Of a stretch of DNA of 28,249 nt, positions 1 to 9,093 are shown one piece after another. This DNA is from a virus (lineage: Duplodnaviria; Caudoviricetes): positions 1 through 28,249 of the IMG/VR virus record IMGVR_UViG_3300036984_000053. One strand, given 5' to 3'. Under the pieces are notes generated by a model. It saw only the letters and a program-made list of their open reading frames with translations, was not told where the DNA came from and did no database searches. The stretch's first letter is position 1. The number at the start of each line of letters is the position of its first letter. A program made the position numbers and the translations under genes.

Positions 1-2
1 TT

Positions 3-1562
3 CTTGATGAAGCACAAAAGAATCCTTTAACAGGAACAACACCTCCTGTGACTATGCCAAGTAGTGCACCAGCACATACTCAGTTTGGTGGGAATCTAGA
101 CACAAGTGTTTTAAGCAAACAGACAACAATTAATGCACCAACAGGAAAAGCGGAGTCAACCGTGACACCATTCACTCAAGTGGCCACTGGAGCGGCGGGT
201 CCTGCTCATACCACCTTTACACCTAGGCAACAGCAAGTAGGGCCTCCCGTCATCCTTCCAGGGACTCGAGAGTGGAAAGCGTTGCAAGGTGCTCAGGCTG
301 GTGCAACTCCTGAACAACTTGCTGCTCAAACTCAGGAAAACGCTCAACTACAGCAACTATCAGGACAGAGCTCTTCTGGTGCTGCACTACCTGATGAGTT
401 CTCACAAAACAAGTCTACTGGAAAAACACAGTATGATTTGCTTAGAGAACGAATTCAAGGTGAAGAAGCTAGAAATCAACAGATGAGTGAAGAACAACTA
501 AAACAGGCTCTTGCATCTAAGGGACTTGGTGCTGGAACTGGTTTTGGTGAGAAAGCACTCATGAAGGCACAGGCTGAAGCTGCTAGGACTCAAGCAGGAC
601 GGATGGGACAAATAGATGTAGCAGAAGCAGCAGCAAAAGAAGCACAAGCAGAGACAGAGAAACAGAGAACATTCCAGTCTCAACAGGCTGAGCTTGATAG
701 AAGTTTGACTAGAGATTTAGAGCAGGGTAAGATCACAATGCAAGAGAAAGAACTTGCTCTAAATGCTTCACAGTTTACTTCTAAACAAGAGTTCGACGCA
801 TACGCACTTAAAGAAGGCTTCACAGAAGATGAGATAGCGAGGGCTTGGGATGCTAGTGAGAAGTCTGTTACTAGACAGTTCCAGCAGCAGGAGAGAGTTG
901 GTGCTGAGCAGTTTAAAGCAAGTAGTGACCAATTAGATAGACAACTTACTGCTGCTTTAGAACAAGGTAAGATAAATCAAGCTGATAAAGAGCTTGCAAT
1001 GAATGCTGCTCAGTTTAAGTCAAAGCAAGAGTTTGACGCTTGGGCTACTAAAGAGGGATATAGCGAGGCTGATAGAGAAAGAGCATTTGCTGCAGCACAG
1101 ACAGCAAACAATCAGGCATATCAGACTGGTGAGAGACTGTCACAACAGAAGTTTTCTACTGCTATGAACGCAATGGAAAATGATTTTGCAACAGGTAGAA
1201 TGAATTTAGCAGACCAGATAGATGACACAAACAAGATGCAAACACAGATGATGGACTCTGCATATCAAAAGGGTTTGTCAATGACTAGAGGTAAAGTAGA
1301 CAAGGGTTTGCGAAGCGAAAGAGACGAAACTGATGTTGAATTCAAAAATAGAGTTTTGAAAGAAGAAGCAAACATGTCTGATTTTGAGAAAGCTGCATAT
1401 AGAACTGGTACATCTGGTAGATCATATGAAAATTATACAGCTCTTAGAGATGCAAATATTGCACAGAGAAATGCTTCTATAACAAAACTTGATCCAAAAG
1501 ATGCTAAATTCGACTCAGATCTAAGTGCAATAATGTCAGAATTCAATAAATTCTTTGAATAG
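3..1562 (+). CDS. Putative internal virion/DNA-ejection protein, coiled-coil, 5'-truncated by window edge
   Basis: The frame is open from position 3 (LDEAQKNP...), upstream of the tracked GTG at 48. Q/E/A/K-rich helical protein with an ~80-aa internal repeat (LDRxLTxxLEQGKI...KELAxNAxQFxSKQEFDAxAxKEG). First of four tightly coupled genes typical of podovirus ejection modules. Confidence 0.55.
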   Translation, partial: LDEAQKNPLTGTTPPVTMPSSAPAHTQFGGNLDTSVLSKQTTINAPTGKAESTVTPFTQVATGAAGPAHTTFTPRQQQVGPPVILPGTREWKALQGAQAGATPEQLAAQTQENAQLQQLSGQSSSGAALPDEFSQNKSTGKTQYDLLRERIQGEEARNQQMSEEQLKQALASKGLGAGTGFGEKALMKAQAEAARTQAGRMGQIDVAEAAAKEAQAETEKQRTFQSQQAELDRSLTRDLEQGKITMQEKELALNASQFTSKQEFDAYALKEGFTEDEIARAWDASEKSVTRQFQQQERVGAEQFKASSDQLDRQLTAALEQGKINQADKELAMNAAQFKSKQEFDAWATKEGYSEADRERAFAAAQTANNQAYQTGERLSQQKFSTAMNAMENDFATGRMNLADQIDDTNKMQTQMMDSAYQKGLSMTRGKVDKGLRSERDETDVEFKNRVLKEEANMSDFEKAAYRTGTSGRSYENYTALRDANIAQRNASITKLDPKDAKFDSDLSAIMSEFNKFFE

Positions 1563-1571
1563 GAGATAATT

Positions 1572-2030
1572 ATGGCTGCTGGTGCTGCTGTTCTACTTGG
1601 TGCAATTATATCTGCTCTTGCAGCAGGTGGTAGTGCTATTGCTTCTAATGCCCAAACAAATAAATATAGGAAAGAACTAAAAAAATCAGAAGACGACGCA
1701 AAAGCTGAAATGGAGTTGCAACAGAGAAGAGGTGCTATTGCTAAAGCACTTACTTCTAAAAAAGTTGAAGGTTTAGGCTGGTTAGACAAGCCAATTCAAC
1801 AGAGAGCTGTTAAAGAACCTAATAACACATTTGCAAATACAGTTGGAGCATTAGGACAAGGTGCTGGTAACATAATTGGTGCGTATGGTTCTAATATGGC
1901 ACCACAAGCTCAAGCACCAGTAGATAGAGTGATTTCGAACGACTATAGTTACAAGCCTAGAATTCAAACACAGTCTCCTCAAGTAGACCCTTATGCGTCA
2001 AATATGTACAGAAGCAGAATTTACGGTTAA
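1572..2030 (+). CDS. Small DNA-ejection/pilot protein (P22 gp7/T7 gp14-like architecture)
   Basis: AGGAG RBS; hydrophobic Gly/Ala-rich N-terminus (MAAGAAVLLGAIISALAAGGSAIAS) followed by a charged coiled coil. Confidence 0.55.
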   Translation: MAAGAAVLLGAIISALAAGGSAIASNAQTNKYRKELKKSEDDAKAEMELQQRRGAIAKALTSKKVEGLGWLDKPIQQRAVKEPNNTFANTVGALGQGAGNIIGAYGSNMAPQAQAPVDRVISNDYSYKPRIQTQSPQVDPYASNMYRSRIYG

Positions 2031-2039
2031 GGAGTAAAC

Positions 2040-3014
2040 ATGGACTTAAAGAAAATAACAGCTAATCCTCAGATGTTAGGCAACATCCTGCTTTCTGTCA
2101 TTGCTGGTGTAGAGGGTGCTACCAACAAAGAACGTGGGCCCAACCAGACTGTTGGTGTCATGAACAGGATGAACGACCAGTTTAGTTCTATGCAAGATAA
2201 AGAAAATGAGTTAAAACGAAAAGCTATTGAAGAGAAAACTAGAGCACAACAAGATGAAATTACTGGTCTAAATCTTGAGCAACTTAAAACTAAGTTAGCA
2301 AAAGAAAGAGCTGCATCTGAAGAGGAGAAAAGACTTCAAAGCAATCTTGCTCCTACTCCTCTTACAGACAAAGGTAGGCAAGCTGTTTTTGATGAGCATT
2401 TGTTGAAGAATAAACCAGAAGAGTACTTCAAAACACAGCAAGCTAATGCTGCTAACTCACAAAAACAGCAAAAAGAATATGACAAGCAAACTAGAGATGA
2501 CAAAAACAAATTAGCTTCTAATGCAATGGATTTGAGAAAAGAATACTCAAAAGAGTCTGATGACTATAAGCAAGTTAGAGATCAAGTAAAGCGATATGAG
2601 TCTATTATCAAGAACAACGATTATGTTCCTACAGGTGCTTCTGATATGGCACTCATATTCACATATATGAAGTCACTTGATCCTCGTTCTACTGTTAGAG
2701 AAGGTGAATATGCTACTGCACAGCAAGCTGGTGGTGTGCCTAGTTATGTTCTTTCTCTATATAACAAAGTTGTTGGTGGTGGACAGTTAGATGAAAAAGG
2801 TAGAAATGAGATCTCAAGTGCTATGTCTAGTCAATATGGTGCTATGTTGACTCAACAGCAAGAGAGAGAAAAATCATACAGAGAAATAGCACAAGAAGTT
2901 GGAATCAATCCAGATCTAGTTGTTAAACATATTAGAGCAGAGCCAGTTCCTGTGTTTACAAAACCTAAGCAGGATGGTGTTAAACCAGTTGATTTGAACA
3001 AGTTTGTGAGGTAA
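2040..3014 (+). CDS. Putative internal virion/ejection protein
   Basis: AAGGAG RBS; coiled-coil rich; C-terminal SDMALIFTYMKSLDPRSTVREGEY segment; position within the module. Confidence 0.5.
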   Translation: MDLKKITANPQMLGNILLSVIAGVEGATNKERGPNQTVGVMNRMNDQFSSMQDKENELKRKAIEEKTRAQQDEITGLNLEQLKTKLAKERAASEEEKRLQSNLAPTPLTDKGRQAVFDEHLLKNKPEEYFKTQQANAANSQKQQKEYDKQTRDDKNKLASNAMDLRKEYSKESDDYKQVRDQVKRYESIIKNNDYVPTGASDMALIFTYMKSLDPRSTVREGEYATAQQAGGVPSYVLSLYNKVVGGGQLDEKGRNEISSAMSSQYGAMLTQQQEREKSYREIAQEVGINPDLVVKHIRAEPVPVFTKPKQDGVKPVDLNKFVR

Positions 3015-3016
3015 AA

Positions 3017-4573
3017 ATGGCTATTTTTGACATAGATGCTGCTTTAGCAGCAGGTGCTTCACAAGAAGAAATAAATTCTTTTCTTGCTTCACATCCTGAG
3101 ATTGAACTAAAAAAGGGTAGAGGGTTATTTGGGACAAGTCCTGAAACAGAGACTATGTTGTTTCCTAAAGCAACAAAGTTTGCAGGAACTGGCCAAGTTG
3201 GGATGATGGAAAGCTTAAAGGGTAAAGATGTTGTAGGAACTGCTAAAACTATTTCAAAACCATTAGCACAATCAGCATTAGGTGGTTTAGATGTTATTGG
3301 AATCCCTGGTAGAGCAGTAGCTTCAATACCTGCTTTGTTTGACAAAAAAGAGACATTCAAACAAGCTTTTAGTAGAGAAGAAGCAAAACCAGAAACTAAT
3401 AAAGTAGGAAAATTCACTTCTAATTTACTTAGAGATCCTTTTACTTTATTGTCTACACTTGCTTCTGGTGGTGCTGGTGCTCTAAAACAACCAATCATGA
3501 AAGCAATTGGTAAAAACGCTGCAATGGGAGCAGCAACACAAGCTCCTGTTGCTGCTGCTAGACAAGTAACTAAATCTGTAGAAACTGGTAAAGTAGAACC
3601 AAAACAAGTAATTGATGCATTAATAGAAACAGGACTTGGTGGACTTGGTAACAGCGTTGGAACAGCTGTTGGTAAAGGAGCAAAAGAAGCTGGTAAAAAT
3701 ATTCTAAAGTCGTCACTAAAGATAAAAGACAAGACAGCTCTTTTGGCAGGAAAAGATGTCAATAAGGGTGTAAACAAAATAGTTGGTGATATTGCTAAAC
3801 ATGAACTACAAGCACCAGTTGGTGGTGTAATGGGTATTGCAAAGAATTCTCAAGCAAAAATTAACAAACTTGTTAATGAGAATGAAAAAGCTTTATCTGC
3901 TTATTCTACAAAAAACCCTAATAAAACTGTAGATGTAGATGATGTGTTTTTAGATTTAATGGATGAGTTTCAAAAAGGAAAACAGATTGGTGTTTTCATG
4001 AATGAGGGTAAAGCAGCAAAAATAGCAAGTGAGATCTATACTGCTCTTGATTTAAGAGGTTTGGGTGGAAAACAACCAATATCTAAACTACCTGAAATCA
4101 AATCTACTATAAAAGAGGGAATGGATATTTTCTCTAAAGGCAAGTATGCTATAAACTCAGATCCTATTCTTGATCAAGTAGGTGAGATTTCATACTTAAA
4201 AATAGCTAATGAGTTAGGTAAAGAAATACCAGTTATAAAATCAAATAATGCTGCTATTCATGATTTGATAAACGTTAGAACAGCAACAATAGAAGCACAG
4301 AAGAGAATGTCTAACTGGAACAAGTTAGGACTTACAGATGCTATAATAGGTGCTGGTATGTTTTCAGGACTTGCTCATAGAGGAGTTTCTTCTCCTATTA
4401 GCATGCTTGGAACAGCAGGAACTGTAGTAGGAAAGAAAATAGCATCTGGTAGAGGTGGTTCTGCTACTTTGAGTGCAGCAAACAAAATGCCCAATGCAGC
4501 AAAACAAGTTGCAACACAACCTGAAGTTGTAGATTCTCTAAGAACTTTTTTACAACAGTATGGAGCTAAGTAA
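3017..4573 (+). CDS. Putative large DNA-ejection protein
   Basis: 518 aa, Gly/Ala/Lys-rich with amphipathic/hydrophobic segments; last of the four-gene set. Confidence 0.5.
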   Translation: MAIFDIDAALAAGASQEEINSFLASHPEIELKKGRGLFGTSPETETMLFPKATKFAGTGQVGMMESLKGKDVVGTAKTISKPLAQSALGGLDVIGIPGRAVASIPALFDKKETFKQAFSREEAKPETNKVGKFTSNLLRDPFTLLSTLASGGAGALKQPIMKAIGKNAAMGAATQAPVAAARQVTKSVETGKVEPKQVIDALIETGLGGLGNSVGTAVGKGAKEAGKNILKSSLKIKDKTALLAGKDVNKGVNKIVGDIAKHELQAPVGGVMGIAKNSQAKINKLVNENEKALSAYSTKNPNKTVDVDDVFLDLMDEFQKGKQIGVFMNEGKAAKIASEIYTALDLRGLGGKQPISKLPEIKSTIKEGMDIFSKGKYAINSDPILDQVGEISYLKIANELGKEIPVIKSNNAAIHDLINVRTATIEAQKRMSNWNKLGLTDAIIGAGMFSGLAHRGVSSPISMLGTAGTVVGKKIASGRGGSATLSAANKMPNAAKQVATQPEVVDSLRTFLQQYGAK

Positions 4574-5127
4574 TGAGTTACGTTACAGTTCCCTGTACAT
4601 TTACAAGTGCTAACACAGTTCTTGCTGCTAATATGAACTCTAACTTTGCAGCACTTGTAAACTCTCTCTCAGATGGAACTAAGTCTCTAAATGTCTACAA
4701 AGTAGATTGTGCTACAATGACAGTCTCTGGTGCTGTTTCAATTACAAATACTTCTATTGTTGCTGCTACTTTCACTGTTGGAACAACATCTACTTTTTCA
4801 AGCATTTCAACTAACAGCACAGCACTATTAGAAACTATAAACTTGACATCAGAAAACATTACTATAGTTGATAACTCAATAACACCAACAAACTCATATG
4901 CACTACTTACAGGAAGCACTCTCATTACTGTCGACGGTAGTAATTTTGTTGACGGTTCTCTACTTATTCTTTCGAAGTCTACTGTCTCACCGTCCATCAC
5001 TATTAGTTCAGGTGCTCTACTTGTTCTTGGTGCTGCAACTAGGACTCTTGACCATGTATCTGACAAAATCATACTACAATACATTTCAGGTATATGGTAT
5101 GAACTCCAGTTCCAATCAAATGCTTAG
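4573..5127 (+). CDS. Tail/fibre-associated structural protein, paralog 1
   Basis: Thr/Ser/Val-rich beta-type sequence; N-terminal NMNSNF...SDGTKSLNV motif shared with the next two genes. Confidence 0.55.
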   Translation: MSYVTVPCTFTSANTVLAANMNSNFAALVNSLSDGTKSLNVYKVDCATMTVSGAVSITNTSIVAATFTVGTTSTFSSISTNSTALLETINLTSENITIVDNSITPTNSYALLTGSTLITVDGSNFVDGSLLILSKSTVSPSITISSGALLVLGAATRTLDHVSDKIILQYISGIWYELQFQSNA

Positions 5128-5136
5128 AGGACTTAA

Positions 5137-6051
5137 ATGAAACCTAGTGTCACCAACACTCTACAAAATGGCACTCTCATAAACGGTGTCAAAATAGATG
5201 AAAACTTCACAGACGTAATAAATGCTGAGTCAGACGGAACTAAGGACTTGTATGTAGCAAATCTTGTCTCAACATCTCTTCTAGTTAGTAACTCTCTTCT
5301 AACAAACTCACTTGAAGCAACAACATCTTTGTCATCAGGTGCTGCTGTCTTGACTATACTAGAAGCACCAGAACTAACTACACCAGTTTTTGGTTTTACG
5401 GAGAAGCAAAGCATCAAAATAGATACTAGTTCAACCATTACCCCGTCATCAAGCTGTATAGAGATAGATTCACAAATCTACCAGTATGCTCTATTTGCTG
5501 CTGGTATTGATATTCTGGCTGGTATCAATGATGCTATTGACTTTATTGAAGATATAGCAGAGATTACTGTCTATGTCTCAGCTGGTACTTATATTCCAAC
5601 AGCATTAGCAACAGAGATTGAAACTCAACTAAACGCTGTTGGGACTAATCTCTATGCTTGTGTCTATAACTCTACAACTCAAAAGTTTACGATCACAAGT
5701 GACCATATATTTACTGTTCTCTGGAGAACTGGTACTAATTGGAGAACAAACTGCGGTAAATCTATTGGTGTTGACGTAGTAAACGACAAAACTGCTATTA
5801 CAATTACAAGTGACTACCCATATCAAATAGAGTACACAGACGAACTTGCTACTATTGCTACTACTAATTTCTCTTCTGGTGCTGTTCTAACTCTAAAGAA
5901 AATAGTTGCTTCTACTTCTAAAATCTTGACAATTAAAAATGGTACTGGAAATATTAACTGTGCTTCTGATAGAGAATTAACAGATGCTTCTACTGTTGTT
6001 TTAGCTCTAATTGGAACAAGTTGGAATTTACTATCATTTTCTACTAACTAG
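5137..6051 (+). CDS. Tail/fibre-associated structural protein, paralog 2 (central insertion)
   Basis: IDENF..VINAESDGTKDLYV N-terminal motif; C-terminal LTIKNGTGNINCASDREL; about 120 aa longer than the flanking paralogs. Confidence 0.55.
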   Translation: MKPSVTNTLQNGTLINGVKIDENFTDVINAESDGTKDLYVANLVSTSLLVSNSLLTNSLEATTSLSSGAAVLTILEAPELTTPVFGFTEKQSIKIDTSSTITPSSSCIEIDSQIYQYALFAAGIDILAGINDAIDFIEDIAEITVYVSAGTYIPTALATEIETQLNAVGTNLYACVYNSTTQKFTITSDHIFTVLWRTGTNWRTNCGKSIGVDVVNDKTAITITSDYPYQIEYTDELATIATTNFSSGAVLTLKKIVASTSKILTIKNGTGNINCASDRELTDASTVVLALIGTSWNLLSFSTN

Positions 6052-6059
6052 AGGAAACG

Positions 6060-6620
6060 ATGACATATCCAAGTGTTGAGCACACATTTGTTGCCAGTAC
6101 CTATCTTGATGCTACAGAAGTAAATACTAACTTCTCAAATGTAATAGATGGAATCTCAGACTCTACAAAAGATTTAAAAGTAGCAGTTGTAGCAACTAAC
6201 AATGTAGATTCAAGTGCTTCAATAACAGCAGGGACTTCTGTGACAACTGGATTACTTGAAGTATTTGGGCTCACAAAAATTCTAGGAGCTGTAACTACTT
6301 CTAACTTTATTGCTCAAGTTCTCAATTTTGACTATGAAGCATTAACAATAGCAGCTGGTTCTATTACACCAGTTCATTCTCTAGTAGAAGTAAATGGAGA
6401 AGCAGGACTTGCTGATGACTTAAGTACTATAGTAGGAGCAGTTGACGGTCACATCCTAATGCTATACAAGAAATCAACTTCAGGTAACATCACAATCAAG
6501 AACAGCACAGGCAACATTTTATGTGGTTCTGACAGAGTCATGTCTACTAATTCTTTGTCTCTCTTGATTTATGACGGGACACAAAGCAAATGGAACCTAT
6601 TGATGTATCAAGCGAATTAA
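6060..6620 (+). CDS. Tail/fibre-associated structural protein, paralog 3
   Basis: VNTNF..VIDGISDSTKDLKV motif; C-terminal ITIKNSTGNILCGSDRVM; GAGG RBS. Confidence 0.55.
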   Translation: MTYPSVEHTFVASTYLDATEVNTNFSNVIDGISDSTKDLKVAVVATNNVDSSASITAGTSVTTGLLEVFGLTKILGAVTTSNFIAQVLNFDYEALTIAAGSITPVHSLVEVNGEAGLADDLSTIVGAVDGHILMLYKKSTSGNITIKNSTGNILCGSDRVMSTNSLSLLIYDGTQSKWNLLMYQAN

Positions 6621-6766
6621 AAAAGTACAACAGAGCACAAATAGAAGAAATAAAGAAAACTTGCACTACTCAAGAAGAAATAATAGAGTGGATCTCTAAA
6701 AACTCTAAATCTTTCCGTGAGAGATATGATAAGTCTCTTGAATCAACTCAAAACCCATCTTCTTAG
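6590..6766 (+). CDS. Small hypothetical protein (58 aa), not in ORF track
   Basis: Read by hand: MEPIDVSSELKKYNRAQIEEIKKTCTTQEEIIEWISKNSKSFRERYDKSLESTQNPSS*. Fills the gap between the convergent blocks and overlaps the end of the - strand gene by 62 nt. Confidence 0.45.
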   Translation: MEPIDVSSELKKYNRAQIEEIKKTCTTQEEIIEWISKNSKSFRERYDKSLESTQNPSS

Positions 6767-7652
6767 CTAACTTCAAAGCAACTTCATTATCTGGTGCTAT
6801 ATTAATTAGAAGAGAATCAAAGTCTCTTATCAACTTCTTTAGAATACTAGTTCCAATTCCTTTCTTTTGAAATTCTCTCTTAATGTGAATTCCAACTTCA
6901 TATCTGTGTGTAATGTAGACATATCCCATAAACCCTGGTGCACCATCTATAATTTTAACAAACTTGTAGGGTTTACTGTCCCAAAACTCACAGTGCTGCT
7001 TGTATGATGGCATGTTCCTGTGTGAAATAGAAATCTTAGGATCTCTCTCCATCAACAGAGAATACAAATCACTATAGTGATCTGGTGTAACGTCTTCATA
7101 TACCCACAAAGTGTCACACGGTCTGTCTTTCAATGCATGGTAATTACCCTTCTCTATATCTTGCTTTGTCATCTCTACTTTTCCCTCAGCAGGATTCCAG
7201 CCACATCTCTCTGGTGGTAATTTACAATTCACAAGATCCCTCCATGTTTTATAAAACAAGTCTTGAATCTCTTCTTGAAGTTGATTATAAGTTTTAGCAT
7301 ACCCTTGTACATTGAACTTAACTAGCTTTTGAGCAATAATAGGACCAGTGTCTAATCCCTCATCTATAAAGTGTATAGTTACACCAGAAGGTGTGTTCTC
7401 ATAATGCGACCAAAAGTTTGGGTCGGCACCTCTATTCCATGGTAAATAAGAAATGTGCAAGTTGATTGCTTTACGATTAACAGCGTCTATTACTTCTTTC
7501 TTAAGAATATGTCTATAACCATAGGAGACAATCCAATCAAAATTAGAAGCAAACTTAGCATCAATTTTCTCTTGTGTTTTGAAAACAGAGTAACTATTTT
7601 CTCCCAACCATTCTGGTATTTCATTTGTGTTTCCTAAATACAATATGTTCAT
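6705..7652 (-). CDS. Sugar N-formyltransferase fused to a C-terminal GNAT acetyltransferase
   Basis: Formyl_trans_N motifs INLHISYLPWNRGADPNFW and GVTIHFIDEGLDTGPII; GNAT motifs EFQKKGIGT and NEVALKLAKKMGF. Confidence 0.85.
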   Translation of the reverse strand: MNILYLGNTNEIPEWLGENSYSVFKTQEKIDAKFASNFDWIVSYGYRHILKKEVIDAVNRKAINLHISYLPWNRGADPNFWSHYENTPSGVTIHFIDEGLDTGPIIAQKLVKFNVQGYAKTYNQLQEEIQDLFYKTWRDLVNCKLPPERCGWNPAEGKVEMTKQDIEKGNYHALKDRPCDTLWVYEDVTPDHYSDLYSLLMERDPKISISHRNMPSYKQHCEFWDSKPYKFVKIIDGAPGFMGYVYITHRYEVGIHIKREFQKKGIGTSILKKLIRDFDSLLINIAPDNEVALKLAKKMGFELIQETYHISHGKI

Positions 7653-8590
7653 GACTCAATACCCTCATTATGCAAACAGAGATCTGAATGAACATTTACT
7701 TGTGATGTATATTTGAAATCTTTAGTGACTGGCTTACCAATAGCAGTCAAGTTCTTTGACCATTCGTGATGCTCTGGCATAATAGTGTAATACTCGTCAC
7801 AATCATATGTACATCTTGCTTCTTCATCTGTCAACAGAGTCTCATGTAGTTTTTCTATTCCTCGTAAACCAGTCTCAACTATATTTGTAGATATTTTCTC
7901 TGCCATTTCTCTAACAGAATACCCTGTCATTTTAGGTAGGAAAATTTCACCACCCTGCATATCGTTCAAGCGTCTCAATACAAACTGTGAAGCTTCTTCT
8001 AGAGTCCAGAAGAATCTAGTCATTCTCTTGTCTGTGACTGTTAATGGTTTACCAGCAGCTTTTTGTTCTTGCCATAAATCAAATACAGAGCCTCTAGAAC
8101 CAGTAACGTTCCCATATCTAACAACAGAGAATCTAGTTGAACCTAGATTATTGGAACTAACAAAAAGTCTCTCTGCCATCAACTTACTAGCTCCATAGAG
8201 AGTACTTGCATTTGGTGCTTTATCTGTAGAAACAAGAATAACTTTCTTGACACCAGTCTCTATTGCTGCATTGATCACATTCAAAGAGCCAAGCACATTT
8301 GTTTTGAGTGCTTCTACTGGATTATACTCACAAGATTCAATTCTCTTCATAGCAGCAGCATGAATTACAAATTCAATACCAGAGAAAGCTTTCTTGAGTC
8401 TCTCAAAATCTCTAACATCACCAATAAAATAACGTAATCCTTTTTCACCACCCTCTGGAAAAACTTTCTCCATCTCTGATTGTTTCAATTCGTCTCTGGA
8501 AAACGCTACTACTCTCTCTTGAGTTAAGTGCAGCTTCTTGACAAGTTGTTTCCCCAAACTGCCAGTCGCTCCTGTTATTAAAATGCGCAA
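7649..8590 (-). CDS. pseB: UDP-GlcNAc 4,6-dehydratase (PseB/FlaA1-like)
   Basis: ILITGATGSLG, FSRDELKQ, IHAAAMK, STDKA, YGASK, RYGNVTGSRGSV. Start moved to the TTG at 8590, which lies 6 nt after AAGGAGG. Confidence 0.88.
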   Translation of the reverse strand: MRILITGATGSLGKQLVKKLHLTQERVVAFSRDELKQSEMEKVFPEGGEKGLRYFIGDVRDFERLKKAFSGIEFVIHAAAMKRIESCEYNPVEALKTNVLGSLNVINAAIETGVKKVILVSTDKAPNASTLYGASKLMAERLFVSSNNLGSTRFSVVRYGNVTGSRGSVFDLWQEQKAAGKPLTVTDKRMTRFFWTLEEASQFVLRRLNDMQGGEIFLPKMTGYSVREMAEKISTNIVETGLRGIEKLHETLLTDEEARCTYDCDEYYTIMPEHHEWSKNLTAIGKPVTKDFKYTSQVNVHSDLCLHNEGIES

Positions 8591-8897
8591 GTTCTTCCTC
8601 CTTACTACGTAACCATTGTCTATATCCATTGTCAAATGATCGTCGTTTTCCATTATTGTCAACATACTCAAAATGTCGTTCTTTTCTATAAGCTTTCTCT
8701 GACTTGAAGTACGCAGCCTGCATAGATTGTTTTTCTTGCCATCTCGTGTTATCTAGAATGAACAGCAATTTGTTCTTCATAGGATTATGTATGGTGTGAA
8801 AAAGCTTGACTCGTCGGTTGTGCTCTAAATCTATTGTCTCTGCAAAGGTCATGAGGCTCTGTGCAAGGTTCTTTAGTTCCGGATCCTGCTCTTGCAT
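8445..8897 (-). CDS. Hypothetical protein
   Basis: GAGGA RBS before ATG; the 3' end overlaps the pseB-like gene by about 145 nt, so the C-terminus is uncertain. Confidence 0.4.
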   Translation of the reverse strand: MQEQDPELKNLAQSLMTFAETIDLEHNRRVKLFHTIHNPMKNKLLFILDNTRWQEKQSMQAAYFKSEKAYRKERHFEYVDNNGKRRSFDNGYRQWLRSKEEELAHFNNRSDWQFGETTCQEAALNSRESSSVFQRRIETIRDGESFSRGW

Positions 8898-9093
8898 ACT
8901 TGAATCCTCTAAATGTTATTTGTTTTTTCTCTATAAATTCTGGACAGAACTCACAGAAAATCCCATCCTCAAGAAGAGACTTCCCGCAATTTACATTTCT
9001 GTCTTTGATTTCTAAATCAACAGGACAATACTTTCTAGAATTCCATGGGGCCTTATGACCAGAATCCTCATGAGAATAATTTCTTTTAGACAT
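8785..9093 (-). CDS. Hypothetical Cys-containing protein
   Basis: AGGAG RBS, TAATG stop/start overlap with the upstream gene; CxxC (CEFC) plus further Cys. Confidence 0.5.
   Translation of the reverse strand: MSKRNYSHEDSGHKAPWNSRKYCPVDLEIKDRNVNCGKSLLEDGIFCEFCPEFIEKKQITFRGFKYARAGSGTKEPCTEPHDLCRDNRFRAQPTSQAFSHHT

Noticed and set aside
2980-3777. 265-aa - strand ORF and other antisense ORFs (1433-1789, 4695-5084, 5133-5438, 18310-18636 etc.)
   Set aside because: These are shadows of well-supported + strand genes, with no recognisable motifs.
8591-8671. N-terminal extension of the pseB-like ORF
   Set aside because: AAGGAGG sits 6 nt before the TTG at 8590, where the Rossmann motif starts.
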